Shown here in pieces: positions 23,914 through 36,599 of a stretch of 64,000 nucleotides of DNA. Each line of letters begins with the position of its first letter. Position 1 is the stretch's first letter. This DNA is from Hypanus sabinus. Taxonomy: Eukaryota. The notes beneath the pieces were generated by a model. That model worked only from the letters and a program-made list of their open reading frames with translations. It had not been told where the DNA came from and ran no database searches. Position numbers and translations under genes: made by a program. Location: positions 30,938,001 through 31,002,000 of the forward strand of contig NC_082726.1 of the NCBI RefSeq assembly GCF_030144855.1. Reading direction: 5' to 3'.

Positions 23914-25463
23914 GTGCCCAGAGGATGTGCAGACCAGCTAGCAGATGTTTTCACTGACGTCTTCAACATCTCCCTGAGCAGCACCACCATTCCAACGTGC
24001 TTCAAGGCCGCCACCATTGTCCCCGTGCTGGAGAAGTCTTCAGTGTCCTGCCTAAATGACTACCGTCCCGTTGCACTTACATCCATCATCATGAAGTGTT
24101 TCGAGAGGCTTGTCATGAGGCATATCAAGACCCTGCTGCCCCCCTCACTGGACCCCCTGCAGTTTGCGTACCATCCCAACCGCTCAACAGATGACACCAT
24201 TGCCACCACCCTCCACCTGGCCCTAACCCACCTGGACAAACAAGACACATTTGTTCGAATGCTGTTAATAGACTTCAGTTCAGCATTCAATGCAATCATC
24301 CCTCAGAAACTGATTGGAAAGCTGAGCCTGTTCGGCCTGAACACCTCCCTCTGCAACTGGTTCCTAGACTTCCTGACTTGGAGACCTCAGTCAGTCCGGA
24401 TCGGGAGCAGCACCTCCAACATCATCACACTGAGCATGGGGGCCCCCCAGGGCTGTGTGCTCAGTCCACTGCTGTTCACTCTGCTGACCCACAACTGTGC
24501 TGCAACACACAGCTCGAACCAAATCATCCAATTTGCCGATGACACGACCGTGGTGGGTCTCATCAGCAAGAACGATGAGTCAGCTTACATGGAGGAAGTG
24601 TTGCAGCCAATGGACTGGTGCAGAGCCAACAACCTGTCTCTTAATGTGAACAAAACAAAAGAGATGGCTGTTGACTTCAGGAGGGCATGGAGCGACCACT
24701 CCCCGCTGAACATCGACAGCTCCTCGGTAGAGATCGTTAAGAGCACCAACTTTCTTGGTGTTCACCTGGTGAAGAATCTCACCTGGTCCCTGAACACCAG
24801 CTCCATAGCCAGGAAAGCCCAGCTGCGTCTCTACTTGCTGCGAAGGCTGAGGAAAGTCCATCTCCCACCCCCCCATCCTGATCACATTCTACAGGGGTTG
24901 TATTGAGAGCATCCTGTGCAGCTGCATCACTGCCTGGTTCGGAAATTGCACCATCTCGGATCGCAAGACCCTGCAGCGGATAGTGAGGTCAGCTGAGAAG
25001 ATCATCGGGGTCTCTCTTTCTGCCATTACGGACATTTACACTACTCGCTGCATCCGCAAGGCAAACAGTACTATGAAGGACCCCACACACCCCTCATACA
25101 AACTCTTCTCTCTTCTGCAATCTGGGAAAAGGCACCAAAGCATTCGGGCTCTCATGACCAGACTATGTAACAGTTTCTTCCCCCAAGCTATCAGACTCCT
25201 TAATACCCAGAGACTGGACTGACACCAACTTACTGCCCTCTATTGTACCTATTGTCTTGTGTATTATTTTGTGCACTTTATGCAATCCTGGGTAGGTCTG
25301 TAGTCTAGTGTAGTTTTTTTTTCCCCGTGTTGTTTTCACGTAGTTCAGTGTAGTCTTTGTACTGTTTCAGGTAGCTCCATGGTCCTGAAAAAGTCTCATT
25401 TTTACTGTGTACTGTACCAGCAGTTATGGTCGAAATGACAATAAAAAGTGACTTGACTTGACT
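23914..25463 (+). mobile_element. Rex1/Babar LINE, 5'-truncated, RT largely open (330 aa)
   Basis: [39 protein letters not shown] motifs; AATAAA and (gactt)n tail. Confidence 0.92.
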
Positions 25464-25469
25464 GAAATG

Positions 25470-26950
25470 ATTGACTGTCTGGAAGATGTCACCTGAGGAA
25501 TCAATGTTCACTGGCACCATGACCAGAACTATGAAATACAACAACCAACAAGCCACACTGGGCTTGTATGTGGTAAAAAAAAACAGGAGGGCCAACATTG
25601 TGGGGGTGTAATTGGCTGAGACAGCTGAAACTTCATTGGAGATCCATATCTCCTGCAAGAGAGTCACTGGATGACACCACAGAAGTGATCAAGGATGGCT
25701 TTGGAAAACTCAAACATATCGAGGGTAAAATAGTGTTAAATGAAAATGCCAAACCTAAGTTTTATGAAGGCCATCTGTTTCCTTCTACCATCTGTGATAA
25801 AGAAGTCGGTGAGCGAGATCACATGGAGGCTGAAGGAGGTCTTTCCAAGACCAAGTGCAGTCCACGACAACACTTCTGGTCCCAGTAACCAAGAATAATC
25901 ATCTGTCTGGACTTGTGGAGATTTTAAGGTCACCATCAACCCTGTACTGGAAGTAGATCAATGCCCTCTGCCCAGGATAGAAGATATCTTTGCAAGCCTT
26001 TCTGGAGGAAAACACTTCAGCAAAGTGGACGTAGCTGATGCCAACCTTCAGATAGAGATGGAAGAAGAGTCCAAAGTGTTTCTCACCTTACGGATCGACT
26101 GACAGACATACTTTATTGATCCCGAGGGAAATTGGGTTTCGTTACAGATGCACCAACTGAGAATAGTGTAGAAATATAGTGATGTAAAGTCATAAATAAT
26201 TAAATAATAATAAGTAAATTATTCCAAGTGGAAATAAGTCCAGGACCAGCCTATTGGCTCAGGGTGTCTGACACTCCGAGGGAGGAGTTGCAAAGTTTGA
26301 TGGCCACAGGTAGGAATGACTTCCTATGACACTCAGTGTTACATCTCGATGGAATGAGTCCCTGGCTGAACGTACTCCTGTGCCTAACCAGTACATTATG
26401 GAGTGGATGGGAGACATTGTCCAAGATGGCATGCAACTTGGACAGCATCCTCTTTTCAGACACCACCGTCAGAGTCCAGTTCCATCCCCACAACATCACT
26501 GGCCTTACGAATGAGTTTGTTGATCCCGTTGGTGTCTGCTACCCTCAGCCTGCTGCCCCAGCACACAACTGCAAACATGATAGCACTGGCCACCACAGAC
26601 TCGTAGAACATCCACGGTATCGTTCGGCAGATGTTAAAGAACCTCAGTCTCCTCAGGAAATAGAGATGGCTCTGACCCTTCTTGTAAACAGTCTCAGTGT
26701 TCTTTGACCAGTCCAGTTTATTGTCAATTTGTATCCCCAGGTATTTGTAATCCTCCACTATGTCCACACTGACCTCTTAGATGGAAACAGGTGTCACCGG
26801 TTCCTTGGCCCTCCTCAGGTCCACCACTATAATAGGCGTATTTTTGGAGAAGCATCTGCAGCTGCAGTCTGGCAAAACGCTATAGGACAAGTCTGCAAGG
26901 CTGCCCAGGCACTCAGTGTAACCTGGAGGACATCATTGTTACTTCATGCA
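25470..26950 (+). mobile_element. Gypsy pol fragments (protease end and RT), interrupted by a LINE at about 26095-26825
   Basis: GPTLWGCNWL, CGDFKVTINP, PLPRIEDIFASLSGGKHFSKVD, then YNRRIFG...WQ...DIIVT after the insert. Confidence 0.8.
26095..26825 (-). mobile_element. Rex1-type LINE 3' fragment
   Basis: YKYLGIQIDNKLDWSKNT...HLYFLRRLR, HPLH...FLPVAIKL; tail near 26100. Confidence 0.85.
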
Positions 26951-28598
26951 TGAAAAGTCTCAGCCTGAAATGTCAACTGTTCACCCTTTTCCATAGGTGC
27001 TGCCTGGCCTTCTGAGTTCCTCCAGCATTTAGTGTGTGTTACTTTGGATTTCCAGCACCTGCAGATTTTCTTGTGTTTGTGATTGCCATACCAACTCCAT
27101 TGTCAAATCAGGTCGTTGTAATCCTGTCGTTCCAATCAGTCAACATGAAACAAGAAACAACACTGAAGAAGGGGGGTAGCAATCCTCATGGATTTGTGAT
27201 CAGGATTCTACAAGGTTGATTGGACTTTGCCTAAATCTAGTACCAAGCTTCACTCTATTGCACTTAGTGCAGTAGCTGGGCATGACTAGAGTGATTTTTA
27301 AAAAAAATTTTAAATGGAATTTGAAGCCAACCATCTATCTGTAGGCTGAGAGTTACATACAGAACCAGATGGGTAAAGCCAGCAGATTTCCTTCCCTGAA
27401 ATCTGCTGTTCTTACCCACCATGAATGATCCCATCCACTCCACGCATGGATCGCTTGTCCCACTTCCATCAGGGTGGATGCTCCACGCCAGGACCATCAG
27501 ATTCAAAAAACAGTTACTTTCCCCAAGCAGTAAGTCTGAACAACATCTCCACCCACTAGCCTAACCCTCTACAACCCCCACCACCACTACTTTATCATTT
27601 CCTGTCAGTCATCTTGTATTAGAGACACACCTGTACCTAGCATCATTTTATGGACATACAATCAATCTATGCATATAAGCTATCTTATGTACTTATATTT
27701 AATATGATTTATTAATGTGTTCTTTATCTTATTGTGAGTCATTTGTGCTGCATCCAACATTCCTTCTATTTTTTTTATATAGTTGCATGGACCAACCATT
27801 GCTCTGAGCAAAAAATTTTTACACGCCCTGAAAAGTGCACAGCACTATAAATGTTTTTCATTTGTAATATGCATGCTATGGATATTTAGAATGAAAATTG
27901 AAATGTCACATACTTTAGGTTTTATTAATTTAAGGACAGAATAAAATGCAATACAACAAAGAAAGCCCTTCACATTTCATAAACGTTTTCTAGCTGCGTC
28001 CAGTTCCAGCTGTGAAGCAACGAAGGCTATGTGCCAGGGAACATTTCGGTTACTGCACAGTCACTTATGCACTGGATCTGGAGTAACAATTATTTGTTTT
28101 CCTTTAGACTTGTATACTAGAAATGGCATTGAACAATCTTGAATCTTGAAAGAGATTTGTGAACCAGGTGGGAAGTTATGACAATCTATTGATCGCATCT
28201 CTGGATCAGTAATCCAGTTCCCACATGAGTGGTTCCATGCATGATGGTGCTTCTAGTTGTAATTAAGTATGCCCACTCTTCATTCCCAGCAGAATCCAGC
28301 TTCCCCATTGAAACTGGTTGTTATTCCTTTAAATTTCCAGAACCAGAGAGCTGCATTTCCAAATCATGATCAACAGAGGCTATTCTCTTGAACAAGCACC
28401 AGAATTCTACTATCAACAGCATGAAGTGATTCCTGAGATTTTTCCTGAATATCCTAACTTTCAGGATTATGTATCACTTATTCCAAGCTCTCTGCAGCAT
28501 TTGTTCCATTTCTTTCTGTCCCCTTTACTGGAAGAATATGATGTTTGGAGCCACCTGGAGATTGTGCAGAGCTGTCGAGTTGGGCGATAGGTACCAGT

Positions 28599-28612
28599 GC
28601 GCCATCTGGTGG
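28599..28612 (-). promoter_or_regulatory. CTCF-binding consensus motif
   Basis: Minus strand CCACCAGATGGCGC matches the core CCASYAGRKGGCRS, in apparently unique sequence. Confidence 0.55.
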
Positions 28613-28839
28613 TGGCACCGTGCTCATTGCAAAGTTAGTGTCATTTACAATGAATGCCTTAAATCAAGCAGTTTTCAACTCGCTGACAAAAAACTCACGA
28701 CTTGAATGAAGCCTTGCCCTCATTTCTTTCTCGCTGTCTCCAGTCACTGCATGACTTTCTGCGTTCCCTCAGCATTTTCAGTTTTAATTCAAATTTCTAG
28801 CATCTTCAGTGTCTTGCTTTTTAATGTTGCACATGAGAC

Positions 28840-31640
28840 CATAAGACAGTAAGACATAGGAGCAGAATTAGGCCATTCAGCCCATCGAGCCTGCTCTGCT
28901 ATTCCATCATGGCTGATCCCGGATCCCACTCAATCCCATACACCTGCCTTCTTGCCATATCCTTTGATGCCCTGATCGATCAGGAAACGATCAACTTCTG
29001 CCTTAAAAATGCGCACAGACATGGCCTCCACCACAGTCTGTGGCAGAGCATTCCACAGATTCACTACTCTGGCTAAAAAATTCCTCCTTACCTCTGTTCT
29101 AAAGCACCACCTGTCAATTTTGAGGCTGTGTCTTACTATCTTTTCTTTCAGTTAGTCCTGACGAAGGGTGTCGGCCCGAAACGTCGACAGTGCTTCTTCC
29201 TATAGATGCTGCCTGGCCTGATGTGTTCCACCAGCATTTTGTGTGTGGCCTATAATTTCCCTTCTTTTGCCTTCCTCTCTTCTTAAAGAGTGGCGTGACA
29301 TTTACAATCGTCCCGTGCTCTGGGACCATGCAAGAATCAAGTGATTCTTAAAAGATCATGACCAATGCATCCATTATCTCTTCAGCAACCTCTTTCAGGA
29401 CTCTGGGATGTGGCCATCTGGCCCAGGTGGCTTATCCACCATAAGACCTTTGAGTTTGTTTAGCAATTTTTTCTTGGTAATAGCAATGGCACTCACTCCT
29501 GTTCCCTGACACGCACGGACCTCTGGTACACTGCTAGTTTCTTACACAGTGAAGACAGATGCAAAGTACTCATTAAGTTCATCTGCCATTTCTTTTTCCA
29601 CATTACTACCTCACTTCCAGTGGTCCAATATCAACTCTCAACTCCCTTTTACTCTTTATATAACTGAAAAAACTTTTGGTATCCTGCTTTATATTGTTGG
29701 CTGGTTTGCCTTCATATTTCATCTTTTCTCTTTTAGCTTTCTTAGTTGCATTTTGTTGGATTTTAAAAGCTTCTCAATCATCCAACTTCCCATTCATTTT
29801 TGCTACTTTACATGCCCTTTCCTTTGCTTTTATGCAGTCCTTAACTTCCTTTGTCAGGCATAGTTGCCTACCCCTGCCATTTTAGAACTTCTGCCTCTGT
29901 GGGATATATCTATCCTGCACGTTGTGAACTATTCCCAAAAACTTTAGCCATCTCTGTTTTGCCATCATCTGCACCAGTATCCTTCTCCAATCCACCTGGA
30001 CAAGCTTCTCTCTCATGCCTCTGTAATTCCCTTTATTCCATTGTGATAGTGATACGTCTGAGTTATGCTTCTCCCTCTTAAATTACAGTATGAATTCAGT
30101 CATTTTATGATCACTGTGTCCTAAGGGTTCCTTTATGTTAAGCTCCCTAATAAGATCTGGGTTATTACACAACACCCAATCTAAGAAAGCCATTCCCTGA
30201 GTAGGCTTAAGCACAACCTGCTCTCAAAAGCCAATTTGTATGCATTCATCAAATTCCCTCTCTTGCAATCCAGCACCAGCCTGATTTCACCAATCCCCTT
30301 GCATGTTGAAGACCCCCATTCCAGTTGTGTCATTAACTTATTAAATGCCTTTTCCAGCTCCCTTCACAATCTTGACCCCACAGCTTGGCTACTGGTTAAA
30401 GGCTATATATGATTCCCATAATGGCTTTTTTACCCTTGCAATTTCTTAACTCCACCCACAAAGATTCAACATTCTCTGACCCTATGAATTTTGCCCTTTT
30501 GAATTTTGCCTCTGTACAATTTAACTCTTTGCTCTGTCTGTATTTGTACCCAATGTCCTTCCTTATATTCATGTTACACCCATCATCAACTTGTAAACCT
30601 ACTGGCTCAATCTTAGCTCTATCTTCCTGATTCCCATCCTCCTGCCATATTAGTTTAAACCAATTCCAACAGCTCTAGTAAATCTGTCCGCAAGAATATT
30701 GGTCCCCCTCAGATTCAAGTGCAATCCATCCCTTTTGTATAGGTCCTACCTGGTCAAGAAGAGTCCCAATTATCCAGAAATCTGAACCCCTCCCCCTGCT
30801 CCAGTTCTTCAACCATGCATTTATCTGCCACCCCATTCTATTCCAATCTTCACTGTTGCGTGGCACAGATAGCAATCCCAGGATTACTACCCTTGAGGTC
30901 CTGCTTCTCAGCTTCCTTTCTAACTCCCTATATTGTTTTTTCAGGACCTCCTGCCTTTTCCTTCTGATGCCATTGGTACCAATATGTACCATGACTTCTG
31001 ACCGCTCACCCTCCCTGTTCAGGATTTTGTGAACACGTCCAGAAACATCTTGGACCTTGGCACCTGGGAGGCAAACTACCATCTGTGTTTCCTTTTTGCA
31101 TCCACAAAATCACCTATCTGTCCCCCTGACTATAGAGTCCCCTATTACTGCTGCCAGCCTCTTCAGTTCTCTACACTTCTGAGCTACAGGGCCAGACTCA
31201 GTGCCAGAGACACAGCCCCTGTTACTTCCCCCAGGTGAGTTATTCCCCACCAGCCGTACTCAAACTGGAGGATATTGTTGAGGGGGATGGCCACAGGGGT
31301 GCTCTCCACTACCTGATGTACTCCCTTTCCTCTCCTGACAGTCACCCATTTATCTGTCTCCTGTAGCCTTGGGGTGACTACCTTCCTGTAGCTCGTGTCT
31401 TACTTTCCCTAACAAGCTGAAGCTCATCGAGCTGCAGCTCCAGTTCCTTAACATGGTCTCTAAGGAGCTGCATCTCAATGCACCTGGTGCAGATGTGGCC
31501 ATCGGGGAGGCTGGAAGTCTGGAAATCCCACATCTGACACCCAATTCAGAACACAGGCTCTGTAGACATACCTACTATTCTCTCTAGAGTTAAATAAGAA
31601 ATAAGGAATAAACTTACCTTACCTCCACCTGTTCTTGCCA
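28840..31640 (-). mobile_element. CR1 LINE: ORF1 SGNH-esterase domain plus partial ORF2 with large deletions
   Basis: VCLPGAKVQDV...VMVHIGTN (30675-31082); NVTPLFKKRGRQKKGNYRP; ataagac-type tail at 28840. Confidence 0.85.
29130..29248 (+). repeat. Penelope pseudo-LTR fragment with intact hammerhead core (29154-29190)
   Basis: aguc-CUGACGA-a-GGGUGUCGGCCC-GAAA-C-GUC-gacag followed by the family body. Confidence 0.85.
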
Positions 31641-31959
31641 AAGCCTTGTTGAGCCAATGCCTTACTACTCTGACTCAGACTACTCCGACGATGACCAGTC
31701 CCACGACAACCAGTCCGTTAGGCGGTACTTCTTTATAGAGACTGGGTTTCCCATTGAAAATCTTTGTTGGACATGCATGGGAATGCTCCTGTTGCATCTG
31801 TGCAGCACTCCAAACAACGACAGAACAAGTTCATTTGGCCACTTTATCTTTCCCACTTCAATCAAATGCCTCCAATTCCAATAGTTCATTTTGCTCCCAC
31901 CTTCCATTCAGGCAGCATACTCCTGATCACAGAAACTCTTGAGGTAAACTCTTGGGGAG

Positions 31960-32366
31960 CATGCCTTACGAAAACAGGTTGAGTGAACTTGGCCTTTTCT
32001 CCTTGGAGTGACGGAGGATGAGAGGTGACCTGACAGAGGTGTACAAGATGATGAGAGCATTGATCATGTGGATAGTCAGAGGCTTTTTCCCAGGGCTGAA
32101 ATGGTTGCCACAAGAAGTCACAGGTTTAAGGTGCTGGGGAGCAGGTACAGAGGAGATGTCAGGGGTAAGTTTTTTACTCAGAGAGTGGTGAGTGTGTGGA
32201 TTGGGCTGGCAGCAACGGTGGTGGAGGTGGATACGATAGGTATATGGAGCTTAGAAAAAAAGAGGGCTGTGAGTAAGCCTAGTAATTTCTAAGGTAAGGA
32301 CATGTTCGGCACAACTTTGTGGGCTGAAAGGTCTGTATTGTGTTGTAGGTTTTCTATGTTTCTATA
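31960..32366 (+). mobile_element. CR1 LINE 3' end
   Basis: TRSHRFKV...FFTQRVVSVW; ttctatg-repeat tail. Confidence 0.85.
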
Positions 32367-32683
32367 TTTAAACTAGTTCTCCTCAGACTTCTGATTTTCA
32401 ATAGGTACACTTAATGTCAGAGAATTGTATATAATATACATCCTGAAATTCTTTTTCTTCACAAACATCCATGAAAACAGAGGAATGCCCCAAAGAATGA
32501 ATGACAGTTAAATGTTAGAACCCCAAAGCCTCCCAGCTTGCCCCTCCCACACTTAAGCAGCAGCAAAGCAACAATCCCCCCTCCCTGCACCAGCAAAAAA
32601 AAACCATCAGCACCCTCCACTGAGCACTCAAGCAGCAACAAAGCATCAATAGGGACACAGACTTCCAATACCCCAAAGATTAC

Positions 32684-33524
32684 TGTTACGTACTCAGGCA
32701 ACAATAAATATATGAGTTCGGCAAGGGTTTCTTATAACAAACAACACGTTTATTAAACACAGAAAACAAACCCCCCAAAAGTAAACAAACACTACCGTAA
32801 CCGGAAACAGCTGCTGAGCGGCAGCCCAAACAGTTCGTAAAGTGATATTCCAAAAACAGTTCTTTAAAGTGGTATTGCCAAAAGTTCAATATGCTCACAG
32901 TCCATTTAAAAGGAGAGACTTTATAGGACGATTTAGGTTCTCTTTCACGTCGCTTGCTTCGATCCCCGACATCGAACTTCCCACGAAGAATTCACGAAAC
33001 AGAACGGCTTAAAGGCACTGACCTTTCCTTCTCCACTACCTTCAATCCCTTCTGGTTACCCAGGGATTAACATGAAGATAGTCAACGAAATCCTTCCAAA
33101 TAAGGATCAAACAAAGGTCGCCCCCGTTTCACCGTAGAAAGCGATTCTCCTCGATCTTTAACTTCCAACTTCGAATCTTCATTCTCCACTAATTTCCTCG
33201 AACTAACAGAATCATAAAGAACCTGCTGGCAATAACCTTTTAAACTTTAGGCATTAAATAAAAATTTCATCCTTCCACTAAACTGCGTCATCTCTTAAAA
33301 CACGCAGTGGCATGAAGTCAACCTGGCAAATCCAGCCACGAACTGCCCCTCCTCACAGAGTGGGGTCTACCTTTTATAACCTGTAAAAAAAACCCGTCAT
33401 ATGATCTCTACTGGCGGGAAAATGATGTCACCACCATCGCAAGACCATCACCTCAAGTCCAGTACAGCTTCAACCCCAGTCACATGACAAGGGCTCCTCT
33501 GTCATGTGTCACGAGTACGTAACA
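32684..33524 (-). mobile_element. Solo LTR A
   Basis: Termini tgttacgtactc...gagtacgtaaca; 4-bp TSD ttac; TATA and AATAAA motifs on the minus strand. Confidence 0.9.
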
Positions 33525-33712
33525 TTACTCATTCACCCAGTAATTTGACATACCACAGGCTCTCTCTCTCTCTCTCCCTAATAAGAGAAAAAGAGGAGCC
33601 CCATTCTACAGTGAGGGGGAGACATAACAAACAACTCGCTGATTTATGGTGTTAAAAGTTTGTTGCATTGCTTTTTCCAAGCTCAGTGCCCAATGAACTT
33701 GGGTCTCTGGGC

Positions 33713-34586
33713 TGTTACGTACTCGTGACACATGACAGTGGTACCCTTGTCACGTGACTGGGATTGAAGCTATACTGGACTTGAGGTAATGGTCTTGTGA
33801 TGATGGAGTGATGTCATTTTCCCGCCAGTAAAGGTCATGTGACAGGTTTATTTTACAGGGTATAAAAGGAGGACCCCTCCCTGTGAGGAGGGGCAGTTTG
33901 TGGCTGGATTTGCCATGTTGACTTCATGCCACTGCGTGATTCAATGTGATGACGCAGTTTAGTTGAAAGATGAAGTTTTATCTAATGCCTAAAGTTTAAA
34001 AGGTCATTGCCAGCAGTTTCTTTACAATACTGCTACTTGAGAATCAGTGGAGAGTGAAGGTCGGAGTTCGGGAGTTAAAGATCGAGGAGCATCGATTTCG
34101 ACGGTGAAACAGGTTCGAACTTGTTTGATCCTTATTCGGAAGGAATTCGTTGACTGTTCTCGTGTTAATCCCTGCAAAATAGCAGAAAGGATTGGGAATA
34201 GTTCTGTAAAGGAAAGGTCAGTGCCTTTAAGCCGATTCGTTTCGTAAATTCTTCATGGGAAAAAGGTCGATCTTGGTAACCGAAGCAACACGACGTGAAA
34301 GAGAATTTAAATCATCTTAAAAAGTCTCTCCCTTTAATGGACTGTGAGCATTTCGAACTTTTGGCAATACTACTTTAAAGAACTGTTTTTGCAACATCGC
34401 TTTAAGAACTGTTTAAGCTTCATTGCTTTAAGAACTGCTTAAGCTGCCGCACAGCAGCTGATTTCCGGTTATGTTAGTGATTTGTTTACTTTTGGGGGGT
34501 TTGTTTTCAGTGTTTAATAAACATATTATTTGTTATAAAAACTCCTGCCTGACCCATTATATATATTGTTGCCTGAATCCGTAACA
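33713..34586 (+). mobile_element. Solo LTR B, same family as A, opposite orientation
   Basis: Termini tgttacg...cgtaaca; 4-bp TSD gggc; tataaaagg at 33861; aataaa at 34516. Confidence 0.9.
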
Positions 34587-35029
34587 GGGCATACAGCCAG
34601 TAGGCAGCTCGCTGCTTTCGATCTTCCATCTCCCACAGTGCACCAGGCAGTGGCACCAACTTTGAGTTCACCCGGCTCCATAGCCACAAAAGTCCAGTAT
34701 TCTGAAGGTGCGCTAGTCTTCTAGATTGTGTCCTTGGCATATCAAGAAGTGGCCAGTCAATGAAACCCCAGGAACGGGTCCCATTTCCACAAAGAACCAA
34801 AGTCAGAGTGTAGCTTCAGGTCAGGGTCTTCAAAAGAACCCTGAAAAGGAAAAGAGATATCAAAGATAGAAATTGAGCTGTTTCTGAAGATGCAAGCAAA
34901 GGAGTCACCCTTGGGTGCCATCGTCCTCCTAATCACCGCCTGATGGGATTTTGGTGCTGATTACTTTCAATATGCCTCCTCTGATAACCTCTCTCCTCCA
35001 CATCTGGTCATCCAGTCAAATTTACCTCA

Positions 35030-35850
35030 ACACAAGAAATTTTTCAGATGCTGAAAGTCCAGAGCAACACACACAAAATGCCGAAGGAACTTAACAGGTC
35101 AAGCAATATCTATGGAAATCAATAAACAGTCAATGTATCCTGAAGAAGGGCCTTGGTCCAACATGTCAAATGTTTATTCATTTCCATACGTGCCGCCTGA
35201 CCTGCTGAGTTCTTCCAGCATTTAGTGTGTATTTTCCTCAGACCCCTTTCAGCATTTACAGTACCTCTGTTAAACTGACTATGGCCTTTCTTGGGAGATC
35301 AACACCAGGTTATCCAGTCTCCAGGTAACTAAAAATTCTAACCCCTGGAACATGCACAAAAGGCTGGAGGAACTCAGCAGGCCAAGCAGAAAAGAGTAAA
35401 CAGTCGATGTTTTAGGCCCAAACCCTTCAACAGGACTGGAGAAAAAAATGGTGGAACTGTTCATCTCAGTGCAGAAAAGATCAAAGTTAGAGTTAATATA
35501 TGCACTCAAGGAATTATATGAGTTTTGATGCAGTAATAAATAGAAATGAGTTCCATTGCCAGTAGGCCAGTAACCAGAGTACATAGATACTGGGCAAAAG
35601 ACAAAAGAGGAAGTGAAGAATTATTTTACATAATAAGTTGATCTGAGCTGAGGTGGCACATCGGGCCGGACCTCTGCTTCACAGATCTAGGTTCATCCTC
35701 AAACTTCTTTCCTCCAGTCCTGCTGAAGGGTCTCGGCCTGAAATGTCGACTGTACTCTTTTCCATAGATGCTGCCTGGCCCGTTGTGACCCTCCAGCATT
35801 TTTTGTGTGTTGCTCTAGATTTCCAGCATCTGCAGATTTTCTCTTGTTAG
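35030..35850. repeat. Cluster of three Penelope-derived repeats: inverted pair 35030-35230, minus copy ~35350-35445, plus copy ~35710-35848
   Basis: Family body plus degenerate hammerhead cores, e.g. cagtcCTGCTGAagggtctcggcctGAAAtgtcgactg at 35715. Confidence 0.8.
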
Positions 35851-36169
35851 TGATTCTAATCCCTGGTATCATTCTGGTAATTGTTCTGTGTCAACCTCAG
35901 AGTCTTTCAAAGAGCTACTCAGTTTGTCTCCTCTTCTTCATTGTGCAAAACTTCCTTTTCTGGTCTTTCTTCTGTTCTTTTTCACAAGTTACAACTCAAT
36001 AGAATCTAATACTTTTCAACTCATAACAATACAAAAAGCTGCAACCATTCCAACTCCCAATGGAACAATCCCACTAGTTCTGTACCCCTTTCCTTATTCC
36101 CTGTACCATTACCATGTATTCTCTCTCACACACGCCCATCAACTCTCACTTTGATTCCTTTCACCTGTT

Positions 36170-36295
36170 TGTACACTAGGGGTGATTTACAGTAGCTACT
36201 TCACCTACCAGCACATCATTGGAATTTGGGAAGAAACCTGAACATGTAGAGGAAACCTGCTCAATTACAGGGAGAAAATCCAAACTCCATATCTA
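36170..36295 (-). mobile_element. V-SINE-like fragment
   Basis: tgggaagaaacctgaac...gaggaaacc...acagggagaaaatccaaactcc, similar to 5310-5370. Confidence 0.55.
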
Positions 36296-36599
36296 CAGCA
36301 TGCCAACTTCTCACAACCACCTTCAGGCAGATGGCGCAGAAACACTAGGAGGTTTAAAAACAGGTACTTACAGGTAAAAAATATAATACAAAATTTTTAA
36401 AAACTAAGAAAATTTAGAACATATCAACTTAATGAAAACTTACTAATGTTATATCCTTAATTTTCTAAGCAAAGAAATAAAAGTACAGAAAAAAATTAGA
36501 TAGAAAGGTATACCAGAAATAAAAAAAACTATTGTTCATAAAAGACAGTAATGAACAGTTAGACTGCTGACTCTAAAAAAAAAGCGATCCATCAGGCAG

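Noticed and set aside
28366-28705. Short ORFs in the unique island as host exons (also 31657-31982)
   Set aside because: No recognisable domain and no convincing acceptor/donor pair; cannot be supported without transcript data
32684-34586. Single DNA transposon or foldback element with 850-bp TIRs
   Set aside because: Each arm has its own TG...CA ends and its own distinct 4-bp TSD
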